Shown: piece after piece, positions 19,495 through 29,000 of the stretch
Numbering within the stretch: position 1 is the first letter of the stretch
Layout of the letters: every line of letters begins with the position of its first letter
Translations under genes and position numbers: made by a program
DNA from: a bacterium CG_4_10_14_0_2_um_filter_33_32
Lineage (GTDB): Bacteria > Patescibacteriota > CPR2_A > CG2-30-33-46
NCBI GenBank assembly: GCA_002792735.1
Contig: PFOW01000055.1
Span: 273 to 64,272 of the forward strand
Length of the DNA: 64,000 nucleotides
Reading direction: 5' to 3'
The notes under the pieces: model-generated
Databases searched by the model: none
Told to the model about the DNA's origin: nothing
Seen by the model: the letters and a program-made list of their open reading frames with translations, nothing else

Positions 19495-21531
19495 TTATTT
19501 GCCTTGTTTAAATTTATTAATTTCTTTTTTTAGCTCAATCATTTTCAATTCCCTCGATACAACAATTTTCTCCAGAGTATTCAACTCTTTATTTTTTTGC
19601 TCCAATATCTCTAGATGCTCATTTAAGCTATGCTCCTGTTTTTTAATGTCAGAAATATCTCTAACAAATGTTGATACTGCTATAGGTTTATCGCTTGAAT
19701 CTTCAATCAAATATGCAAATACTGACACGGGTATTCTTTTTTTGTTTTTGGTTATTCGTTCGCTTTCAAATACATGAAATTCGTTAGCCATAATCTGATT
19801 AAAACAAGATTTAGTTTCTTCTACTCTGCTTTGGGGAATAATTGTAAATACAGATTTCCCTATCATCTCTTCTCTCTTATAACCAAGCAGCTCTTCTGCG
19901 CCATGATTCCACTCTAATATTTTCATATTAAAATCAATTACTATGATTGTCTCTAAGGAATCACGAATTATATTTGCCAAAAAGAGATTTTTCTCTTTAA
20001 ATAACTGCTCCTCGGTAACATCTCTGGAATATTCTATAATATTATCGATATTCCCTGCATTATCTAACACGGGGTATTGCCAAACATCAAAAATTCTTGC
20101 GCCATATTTCATAGAAAAATTTATAGGTTTTTTTGTCTTAATTAGCTCCTTTACCTGACATCCCGGGCAACGATCCGTAAGTTTTTGTGTTATCTCGAAA
20201 CACTTTTGAGTCTTTATACTGTTAAAATTTTTAATCTTCAAATCTTCCCTAGCTTTTTTGTTAGCATTAATAATATGAAGATCCTTATCTAATAAAATAA
20301 TATAATCAGACAAGGAATCAAAAATCAATTCCCATTCTTGCTTTGATTTTTCGTAATGATTTTTCTCTTTTATCAGCTGCACTTCTTTTTCTTTAAGATC
20401 GGATATATCCCTCATAAAAGAAGCGACTCCGCTTGGATTACCCTTATCATCCTCTAATACAAAAGAGCTACATAAAATAGGTATTAATGTTTTATCCTTT
20501 TTTAGTCTTACGCTTTCGTATACATGATTTTTATCTTTTAATATTTTTTCGAATATACGCTTTGTTTCAACGTGTTTATCTTCTGGAATAATCCTTATAA
20601 ATGATTCCCCTACAATCTCATTAACTTTGTAACCAAACACCTTTTCGGCACCCTTATTCCAATTTACTATAGAACCATTCAAGCTAACTATCAGAATGGG
20701 GTCTATGGCTTTGTCCATAGCATCTACTAAAACACTATTTTCTTTCTTTACTCTTTCTTCTAATGTAACATCTTTACCGTATTCAATCACCTGTTGTATT
20801 TTTCCGTCTTCATCAAGAATCGGATAAAACCATAAATGATATTTTCTGTTGCCAAAAATATCTATTAAAATATCACGAGGTTTTTTATCCCTTAAAACAT
20901 TGCGAACAACGCACCCTTCACAAATACCCTTATTGCCTTGAAAAAAATTAAAACATTTTATCGACTTATTAGGATCAAATTTTTTTCCTGAGAGCTCAGC
21001 TGCTTTCTTGTTCGCACGGATGACATTAAGATCTTTATCAAGTATAGCGACAAGATCATTTATAGAGTTGAATGTCTGCTCCCAATCATCTGTAGTTTTT
21101 TTAAATTTTTCTTCTTTTCTTTCTAGATCTTCCTTTGTCTTATTATCACTAGTTTTATCAACACCTATAGAAAGAATCAAATCAGCCCCAGCGGCCTTAA
21201 AATAAATATTTCTCCAAGAAACAAAAAGTCTTGATCCATTTTTCTTCAAGATATCGTTCTCGTAGATTTGAAAGGTTTTTTTCTTGGATATTAAACTACT
21301 AAAAATTATCTTTAACCTTTTTCTTATTTCTTTTCTGATAAATAAATCAAAGAAATTTTTCCCAATAACCTCTTCTTCCTTATAACCAAGTTTCTTCAGG
21401 GTTACTTTACTTAAGTAGACAATTTTCCCTTGAAAATCCAAAACAACAACTATATCCTGAAAATTTTCAAACAGTTCATGTATATACGAATCAATACTTA
21501 TTTTCTTTAAAGAAGAGGATTTTACAAACAT
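19495..21531 (-). CDS. Stand-alone multi-PAS sensor protein with no output domain
   Basis: Five PAS-like units (e.g. WNKGAEKVFGY, WNHGAEELLGY), two with C-x9-C-x2-C; ends in coiled coil SRELKMIELKKEI. Confidence 0.85.
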   Translation of the reverse strand: MFVKSSSLKKISIDSYIHELFENFQDIVVVLDFQGKIVYLSKVTLKKLGYKEEEVIGKNFFDLFIRKEIRKRLKIIFSSLISKKKTFQIYENDILKKNGSRLFVSWRNIYFKAAGADLILSIGVDKTSDNKTKEDLERKEEKFKKTTDDWEQTFNSINDLVAILDKDLNVIRANKKAAELSGKKFDPNKSIKCFNFFQGNKGICEGCVVRNVLRDKKPRDILIDIFGNRKYHLWFYPILDEDGKIQQVIEYGKDVTLEERVKKENSVLVDAMDKAIDPILIVSLNGSIVNWNKGAEKVFGYKVNEIVGESFIRIIPEDKHVETKRIFEKILKDKNHVYESVRLKKDKTLIPILCSSFVLEDDKGNPSGVASFMRDISDLKEKEVQLIKEKNHYEKSKQEWELIFDSLSDYIILLDKDLHIINANKKAREDLKIKNFNSIKTQKCFEITQKLTDRCPGCQVKELIKTKKPINFSMKYGARIFDVWQYPVLDNAGNIDNIIEYSRDVTEEQLFKEKNLFLANIIRDSLETIIVIDFNMKILEWNHGAEELLGYKREEMIGKSVFTIIPQSRVEETKSCFNQIMANEFHVFESERITKNKKRIPVSVFAYLIEDSSDKPIAVSTFVRDISDIKKQEHSLNEHLEILEQKNKELNTLEKIVVSRELKMIELKKEINKFKQGK

Positions 21532-21595
21532 GTAACCGTCCTTTTTACTCCTTATATTATAAACAATATTTTAAGTATGACCAATGAGCTAAATC

Positions 21596-21790
21596 TTATT
21601 TCTTTTGCAAAGACTCATAACCTTCAATATCAAAGTGTGCCGGCTGAGATTGATAATCTGTTTTATTGCTAGTAATTAATCTTAATTCTTTAGCAACGAA
21701 AAATATCGAAAAAGAAACAAGACCTATCATAAAAAATATTGTTGTTGATAAAAATATAATTCTAAATTTTCGATTTCCTAAACGATTCAT
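21596..21790 (-). CDS. Small single-TM protein following pilO
   Basis: One TM; overlaps the pilO stop by 1 nt. Confidence 0.55.
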   Translation of the reverse strand: MNRLGNRKFRIIFLSTTIFFMIGLVSFSIFFVAKELRLITSNKTDYQSQPAHFDIEGYESLQKK

Positions 21791-22335
21791 TAATCCCTCG
21801 TATAAACTCTAAACTTAATTATTGCAATAGCTGATAAATCTAATGACCCCTCCGAAGAAGCTGTAATATTTATTGATTCTATGGTTGTATAATATTTAAG
21901 ATTTTCTAAACCGGATAAATACTGATTTATAGCGTTAAGCTTTCCCTTTAAATTAACCTCTAACGCTACATTATTTGTGTCGCTTACTATTTTACTCTTA
22001 GAAGCTTCCTTACCTTCTGTAAAACTAATTGTCTGGGTATTATTGGTTTGGGAAGCTAAAGACTCTAAAGAATCCAAAAACGGACTAAGCTTATCTTTTA
22101 ATGGGAATATTTCGGAAAAAGATATCCAACCCGGTTCCAACTGCTTGTATTCTTTCTCTAAAGCACTTTGAGTTGTTGATTGATGATTTAATGCCTCTTT
22201 AAGCGCCTGTTTTTGTTTTATTTCATTTATATCTCTCTTTACAGCTGAATTAAAATAAAACACAACTAACAAAGAAACTGTTATTGCAAATATTATCTTG
22301 ATTAAAGCAAAATTTAAAGATTTATTTTTTCTCAT
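21790..22335 (-). CDS. pilO: PilO-like pilus assembly protein
   Basis: TM plus coiled coil; FLDSLESLASQT, YLSGLENLKYYTTIESINI; downstream of pilM/N. Confidence 0.7.
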   Translation of the reverse strand: MRKNKSLNFALIKIIFAITVSLLVVFYFNSAVKRDINEIKQKQALKEALNHQSTTQSALEKEYKQLEPGWISFSEIFPLKDKLSPFLDSLESLASQTNNTQTISFTEGKEASKSKIVSDTNNVALEVNLKGKLNAINQYLSGLENLKYYTTIESINITASSEGSLDLSAIAIIKFRVYTRD

Positions 22336-23755
22336 TTTTTCCTGTCTTCAAGGTAATCTTAAAAATTGTATTCTCTTTCTGTGAAATAGATGATAGAGGC
22401 AAATCAATCTCAGAAAAATAAGAAGCTTTTTCAAGATTATCCTTATATTCTAAAACACCCTCTCTTTTGGCTGATATTCCTTCAATAATCAGATTGCTTT
22501 TTGCTGCATCAAATGAAATCTTGGTTAGTCTAACACTGCCTGGTAAATTTCCTAAAGCCACTGAGAATTTTTTTTCAATCTCCTGCTTTGAAGATTCTAA
22601 TTCTTTCATTCTTTTTACTTGATTATTAAAATCCTTTGATTTTTCTTCTAGGCCCTTATAGGCAGGGTTTGTCTTTGTTGCGTTTATTGAAATTCTATTA
22701 TCTAAATCTGCCCTGAATTGATTGAGAAAAAATGCAAAACCTAAAAAAAGCAATAAAATAATAATTACTAAAACGCTAAAAATATTACCAATGGCGTTAT
22801 AAATAAGGAAGCTTTTTTCTTTCTCATACTCCTCTTTAACACCTAAGGGCAAAAGACTAATCTCCGTATCATCTTGCCTGGCCTTAATCCCCCTAAGAGA
22901 AGCTCCTGATAAGCTGAGATTATCAATATCCTTAAGTTCTGGTTTTCTTTCAACTATCTTGATCTTTGCAGACAACTTATTTTCTAATAAACTAATAATT
23001 TTTTTAGCTTCGGAACTACTATCAATATCAAAATGAAAAGAATCCAATATTAACCCCTTTTTATCGGATGTATAAAAATTTAATACTTTAATAATTTCCA
23101 AAACTATATCTTGCAAATAGTTATTAGATTTAATAATCTTACTGCTTTCTACAAATCTTAAGCCTTTCTTTTCATAAACATACAAAGCAAGCTCGCAGTC
23201 ACGGTATATCACTCCTACAAAAGTCTCCTGCTTATCAAGGGCTGTTCTTAAATGAGAAGAAGTGTAAGTCTCAAAAGCATAGGAAATGACTTTTGCTTTT
23301 GTAAATATCCCAACTAATTTGTTTATTAAAAATTTGGAAGAAGTGGATATTAAATATTCTTTTTTATTTCTTTCTCCTCTAACATTCGGTATCTCTTGCC
23401 AATGGATGAGGCTATCCGACTTATCAAAAGGAACATCTAACTCCACGTTTAATTCAATAGCTGATGAAAGTTCTTCCTGCGGAGTGTTTATAGGCACATA
23501 TTCACTGCTGATATAAGATAAATTATCAGGAAAAGTTACAATAATTTCTGATTTTTTAAAAAATGATCTATTTTTCTTATATATAATATTAAGGTTTTTC
23601 TCTAAATTGCTTATGTCTTCATCGTTATTAAAATCATTTATTTTGCATGGATATTTTAAAACATTAGAAAAAATAATAGATTTTTTTCTATTTTCTTTAA
23701 TATTTTGTACGTAAATATTTTCGCCGGTTATTTGTATACCAGTAGCGTACTTCAA
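22322..23755 (-). CDS. PilM-like domain fused to PilN-like domain
   Basis: GIQITGENI, AIELNVELDVPF, GASLRG, EISLLP, then TM, coiled coil and VRLTKI..LIIEG..YKDNLEKASYFSEIDLP. Confidence 0.7.
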   Translation of the reverse strand: MKYATGIQITGENIYVQNIKENRKKSIIFSNVLKYPCKINDFNNDEDISNLEKNLNIIYKKNRSFFKKSEIIVTFPDNLSYISSEYVPINTPQEELSSAIELNVELDVPFDKSDSLIHWQEIPNVRGERNKKEYLISTSSKFLINKLVGIFTKAKVISYAFETYTSSHLRTALDKQETFVGVIYRDCELALYVYEKKGLRFVESSKIIKSNNYLQDIVLEIIKVLNFYTSDKKGLILDSFHFDIDSSSEAKKIISLLENKLSAKIKIVERKPELKDIDNLSLSGASLRGIKARQDDTEISLLPLGVKEEYEKEKSFLIYNAIGNIFSVLVIIILLLFLGFAFFLNQFRADLDNRISINATKTNPAYKGLEEKSKDFNNQVKRMKELESSKQEIEKKFSVALGNLPGSVRLTKISFDAAKSNLIIEGISAKREGVLEYKDNLEKASYFSEIDLPLSSISQKENTIFKITLKTGKNEKK

Positions 23756-23756
23756 A

Positions 23757-24158
23757 TTATGGAACCTCCTCTTCTTGCCAACTGTCTTGAACTACCTTTC
23801 CATCATTATCAACTGAAACTATAACTTTTATTCTTTTTTTTACGTCATCAACTTGGCTTGAAGAAATTATGGTTGTTTTCCCTGATATTGGCTGATTGCG
23901 CTCAACTGTAATTGTAGCAGAACCTCCAGAAAGCTGCAAAACATAACCAGAGCTCTGAAAGTTCTTATTTCTGGTTACCATTACTAAACCATCTCTCGCC
24001 CCTGCTTCTGCCATAGAAAGAGCTTGTCTGGCCTTTCTATCATTATTGCTTATATTCAGCTCACCAAAAGAAACTGCACCCAAGGTTAAACCTATAACTA
24101 ATAATATACTAGTAACCACTATCGTTGTTATAAGCAATGCTGACCCTTTATTATCCAT
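23757..24158 (-). CDS. Minor pilin (PilX-like)
   Basis: NKG|SALLITTIVV, ALSMAEAG, C-terminal SWQE. Confidence 0.75.
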   Translation of the reverse strand: MDNKGSALLITTIVVTSILLVIGLTLGAVSFGELNISNNDRKARQALSMAEAGARDGLVMVTRNKNFQSSGYVLQLSGGSATITVERNQPISGKTTIISSSQVDDVKKRIKVIVSVDNDGKVVQDSWQEEEVP

Positions 24159-24168
24159 AAATCTATTC

Positions 24169-24708
24169 CTATTTAAGAGAAACTGTTGTTTGGTAATCCT
24201 GAAAAAGAATAATTTCTGTTCCTTTTTTATACTCTATACGAAAATTGATTTGAACTGTGGGCTTTGAACCGGTATTTTTTACCAATCTAAAGTAAGGAAA
24301 ATCACTACCTGTGTTTCTTTTTTTAAAAGATACCGCTTTTGTTGTTAGCTCAGTAGTCTCTAATAAATTGGCGCCTTCATAAATCTTAATAGTGAGAACA
24401 CCCGAATTTATCTCATAAACAGTATCTTTGCCATCGCTCATATGAAGCGATAAAGAATCTGATGTAGGAGAACCTTCGGTGGGCTGATTAACGCTTTCTG
24501 CCTTACCTATGTCCTGATTTAATTTTTCCAGAATAAAACGGCCATTCTGCTGAATTTCAGTAGAAGCAGAGCTTCTATTAGATGCCTTTAGAACCGGATA
24601 AACCATACTCACAACAGCGATTGTAACAAAACCCAAAATAGCTACGTATATTACAAGCTCAATTAAAGTTACCCCTCGTTCCATTGTTTCATTGTTCCAT
24701 TGTTTCAT
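24169..24708 (-). CDS. Minor pilin (PilW-like)
   Basis: ERG|VTLIELVIYVAIL, EIQQNGRFILEKL. Confidence 0.82.
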   Translation of the reverse strand: MKQWNNETMERGVTLIELVIYVAILGFVTIAVVSMVYPVLKASNRSSASTEIQQNGRFILEKLNQDIGKAESVNQPTEGSPTSDSLSLHMSDGKDTVYEINSGVLTIKIYEGANLLETTELTTKAVSFKKRNTGSDFPYFRLVKNTGSKPTVQINFRIEYKKGTEIILFQDYQTTVSLK

Positions 24709-24714
24709 TGTTCC
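24678..24714. repeat. Tandem 8-bp (16-bp period) repeat over the pilin start
   Basis: gttccattgtttcattgttccattgtttcattgttcc, encoding MKQWNNETME. Confidence 0.75.
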
Positions 24715-24760
24715 CTAACTCATTATTACATCATTATATTGTTAAATTGTTATCTCTACC

Positions 24761-25122
24761 CGTCATTCCCGCGCAAGCGGGAATCCAGATCTTACTTTGT
24801 TATTTCTTCGTATAAATCTTCCCAGGCTAGATTTTTCTTTTCAATAAGCCTTAACTTCCAATTCCTTCTCCACTTCTTAATTTGCTTTTCTCTTATAATA
24901 GCTTGTTCAATATTCCCATGTTCTTCAAAATAAACCAATATATGTGTTTGATACTTTTTGGAAAACCCTTCAACTAAATTATTTTTATGTTGATAAACTC
25001 TTCCTATTAAATCGGAAGTTACTCCGGTATATAAAGTCCCATTTCTTTTATTTGCCATTATATAAATGTAAGACTTTTTCATAATGTTATTTTGCTGGAT
25101 TCCTGCCTTCGCAGGAATGACG
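24761..25122. mobile_element. GIY-YIG cassette bounded by 28-bp REP-like inverted repeats
   Basis: CGTCATTCCCGCGCAAGCGGGAATCCAG (24761-88) and reverse copy CGTCATTCCTGCGAAGGCAGGAATCCAG (25122-25095), 24/28 identical, each a hairpin. Confidence 0.65.
24792..25082 (-). CDS. GIY-YIG nuclease family protein (UPF0213-like)
   Basis: YIYIMANKRNGTLYTGVTSDL..RVYQHK, AIIREKQIKKWRRNWK. Confidence 0.92.
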   Translation of the reverse strand: MKKSYIYIMANKRNGTLYTGVTSDLIGRVYQHKNNLVEGFSKKYQTHILVYFEEHGNIEQAIIREKQIKKWRRNWKLRLIEKKNLAWEDLYEEITK

Positions 25123-25189
25123 AAAGTTCAGGAATGACAGAAGGAAGACAGAAATGACTATGGGGCACTGTATCAATCTAATAATTGAT

Positions 25190-26032
25190 TCATGGTGAAT
25201 AATTTATTATTACTTTTCCAACAACTGGAGTGCTGTTAGGGTCAGAAGTACTTAAAAGCACTTTATATTTTATATACCTTTCATTATTATGAGTAACGCT
25301 AATTGCTTCTCCTGGCACAGTATAATAGGTAGAAGCAGTTCCGTCTGAACCGACAAAATTCCATGGACCCGAAGAGTTATCAGAAGAAGCAAGCTGTAAT
25401 CTTATATTAGTATTTTCAGGTTTTGAAATAACTTCCCACCATATTGAATTATAAGCAACGCTTACCCCTGTATCATAAACAGAGGAGAAAATCTCTCCAT
25501 TTTCTGCATAATTACCGCTAGGTAATGAATATTTATAAGTTAATATGCATTTGGCGCCAATCAAAGAAACACTGGCTCCGTTGAGATTATAATCAAGCTT
25601 ATATCTATATTGACCGGGATTTGTAAGCATTGGTGGTGAAAATGCGGTTTTGGCATCATAAAGAATAGAAAAATGGGAAGAGTTAGAGTTGGTTTTAACA
25701 TTAAAACTTTTGACATAACTTGCAGAATTAGGATCAACAGTAGGATTGATTTGATAGGCGGTTAAAGTGATAGATAATTGATTTTCGTTTGTCTCCCTAC
25801 TAACACCCGAGAATTCAATAAAAGCACTTTTCATCTCCGGATCTCTTTCGGAAATAAAAACCTCAAATTCAAAAGAACCGCTATCCACTGAATTAGTAAC
25901 ATTTTCCCTCTGCCCAACAAAAAACTTGGTAGTTTTAAGAAGATTAACAGATGAAGCGTTAACCTGAAATGGGAAAAATGTAGTAACAATAAGCACTACA
26001 ATAATAAAATTATTAAATATTTTCTTAAACAA
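25190..26032 (-). CDS. Secreted two-domain beta-rich protein of the pilus locus
   Basis: Signal peptide ending VNA; N-domain resembles the giant protein C-terminus; C-domain SSVYDTG..YNSIWW..RYIKYK..TPVV. Confidence 0.7.
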   Translation of the reverse strand: MFKKIFNNFIIVVLIVTTFFPFQVNASSVNLLKTTKFFVGQRENVTNSVDSGSFEFEVFISERDPEMKSAFIEFSGVSRETNENQLSITLTAYQINPTVDPNSASYVKSFNVKTNSNSSHFSILYDAKTAFSPPMLTNPGQYRYKLDYNLNGASVSLIGAKCILTYKYSLPSGNYAENGEIFSSVYDTGVSVAYNSIWWEVISKPENTNIRLQLASSDNSSGPWNFVGSDGTASTYYTVPGEAISVTHNNERYIKYKVLLSTSDPNSTPVVGKVIINYSP

Positions 26033-26056
26033 TATATACCTTTTAATAACTAATCT

Positions 26057-29000
26057 TTATGGCGAATAAGTATATGTTAATGTAAGCTTTGCTCCCCAAA
26101 GAGATACATCACCACCATTTCCAACGATGTTAAGATGATAAGCATCTGTTGCCGGATATGTTCCACTATCATTTATAATCCCATAAAAATAAGAAGTAGC
26201 ATCATAATAAGTCTTAAGATAAGAATTGTTTCCAGTGCTTAGATTAAATACTTTTTGATTTGCACTATCTATATCAGTTGTTATTACTAAGGGGTTTGCA
26301 GTTCCTGAAACGCCAGTGATTTCGAAAAAGGCTGATTTAATGGTCGGGTTGCCTTCTGGTATATAGATATTAAATGCAAACCCGCCCGGTACGCCGTTCC
26401 CGCTTGTTCTAGTGTCTGTATCTTGTCCAATAAATAACTCTACTGTTTTTAACGGCCTAGTTGCCAAAGTTACAAAAGAACCATTTTCAGCACAATGTGT
26501 TGGACTATCAACGCTGTTACCACAAATTGCTTCATTTCCTGCCTTATCGATTGCTTTTACTCTGAAATAATATGTTGTTGAGGGTGACAAACCTGTTATA
26601 GTAACAGCTTGCGCCCCAACGCTATAACCACTAGTTGGGTTAGGCTGCAAGGTTCCAGGCCAACTACCTGTTGTATTGTATTCTACTTGTTTTGTAGCGT
26701 CTTCATTAACACTCCAATTAATAGTTGCGGAAACATCAGAAACACCGGATGTAGAAATACCGGTTATAGTAGGAGCTACTGTATCACAATAAAAGTCTTT
26801 GGAATTTACAGGATCACCGCCAAAATTAACCCATGCGCTATCGCCGTTTGCGTTTTTAACTCTAATCCGCCAATGATATTCATTACCATTGACTACCGTA
26901 GCCTGCACCCAGCCATCAACTGTAGTTTTTGGTGTAGGATAACTCACTGACGAACCTAGAATAAGACCATTACCATCAAAAGGAACTCCGTTAGGCTTAA
27001 GCTCAACTTCTGGCGTTAAATTTCCTGCTACCGCAGAATACATATCTGTGTGAAACCAAATATTGGTCTGGTTAATTCCAGATTCAGGTGATAAAGCTGC
27101 GCCACCTTGAGTTTTAGATTGAATAAGATCAGATGGATCAGCCGGAACATTGCTTAAAATAGTAAACCCATTTGATAAAGTACCAACACCCGCTTGGTTC
27201 TTAACATTTACACTATACTGACCTGTTGGCTTACCAGAAAGATTAACCACACATCTTATCTGTATTGCGCTATCCTCATATACTGTATCAGCATTGATCT
27301 GGGTGGGACCTGATAAATAACACTTTGGACTAGATAAATTTACAAAATTATCTCCTGTAATAGTTAGTTGCAAAGCTGTGTCATTTTGTGTTCCTTCTGC
27401 TGGATCTACTCCAGTTACGGTTGGGACAGATGCTGTTATAAAGAAACCAGATGTGCTACCGTCACCCCATTCTGCAACATAACCTTCTGGATTAGTAACA
27501 GTTAATTTCCAATAGCCTATTGTTTTATACACAATATTATAAGCAGCTGACATTGATGTTGCCGATGAAACAGTTATATCGCCATTTGCAGCTACAATAT
27601 CTGACTGACCGGTTTTCACTAACCTTGAATCTGTACTAGCTGTTTTTGGCTGGAAACCTTTACCTGTTATAGTCACCGTAACAGGATTGCTATTTTCAGC
27701 AGTATTAGGATTAATGCCTGTTATTTTTGGTTTAATATCAAAACGAGTATGTGACGCATCTAAGTTGCTTGTTTTACTGTTGGCTGTTACCTGAATTCTG
27801 GCAGCATAATTCACAGGACCACTAGAAGCACCGCTTGGTATATATACCCCTATCTGATTTTCTGCCCAACCATTAAAATCGCCATTTGGGGTTAATAATG
27901 GATTGCCATTAAAATCATTAAACTTAATATTATAAGAAGCAGACGATCTATTCCCAGCTCCTGGATCAGGCCTAAAATGATCACCATCAATAGCTACTAA
28001 GGTTCCGCCTCCAGCGAATCCGCCGGCAACCCCTGTTGTACATCCACTACCACTGCATGTAAATCCTGTTACTCTAGGTAAATAATCAAAAGAATAATTA
28101 TTACTGTTGACTGAATCACTATGCCTTCTTGCGATCAAAGAAACTGAATAACCTGGATCATTTGGCGCTGTTGTTTCAATGGTAGTTGTTAACCAACTTC
28201 CTATTGATGCAACAGTTGATCCAAACATAATTCTGCTGTTTGCTCCTTGTGTACCAAAATGATTACCGTTAATCCTTAAAGTATCCTCATATCTAGCGCC
28301 AGTTACTCCATTCTCAACAGTAATACCATAACCGGATGCTGTAACATCAACTGAAGTTATTTTAGGTAAACAAGTAAAAGACCAATTATTAGTATTTTTA
28401 TCTGGTGCAGGATTTGTTCTTGTAACAACAATGTTGCCAGCCTCATTACCGTCAGGTATAACAGGAACTGCAACGTTTGTAATTTGAGTTCCGCCGGATG
28501 CTCCATAAGATCCGTTTATAGTTGCCGATTCTCCATTTATTACTACACTTCCATTACTGCCAAAATGATCTCCTATTATAGTAATAATATCGCCTTGATA
28601 CGAAGAATTTTGAGTTACGGCATTATTCAAGCTTGTTATTCTTGGAAGTATTAATAGGGTTTTATCATTATTAGATGTTTTAGTATCATTCCTAGTCACA
28701 ACAATCGCGACTGTAATGCCTGAATCATTTGGTAAAGCAAATGATATTGAAGTGGCTCCCCATGTCAAACCGGCTGTAACATCAGTGGTGCCTACAGTAA
28801 CTTTTCCTCCACCTTGAACAGCGCCGAAATGATCACCGGAAATTGTTATAGAATCCCCTACACGTGCTTCTGAAGTTACGGATGTAACCTTAGGAAGAAT
28901 TATCAAAGTGTAATTATTATTACTTGTTTTTGCATCATCTCTAGTAACAACAACTGCCACAGTAATACCCGAATCATTAGGTAAATTTAAAGAAACAGAA

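Noticed and set aside
24700..24933. 77-aa plus-strand ORF containing SFPRKRES
   Set aside because: Translation of the REP-like repeat and antisense of the GIY-YIG gene
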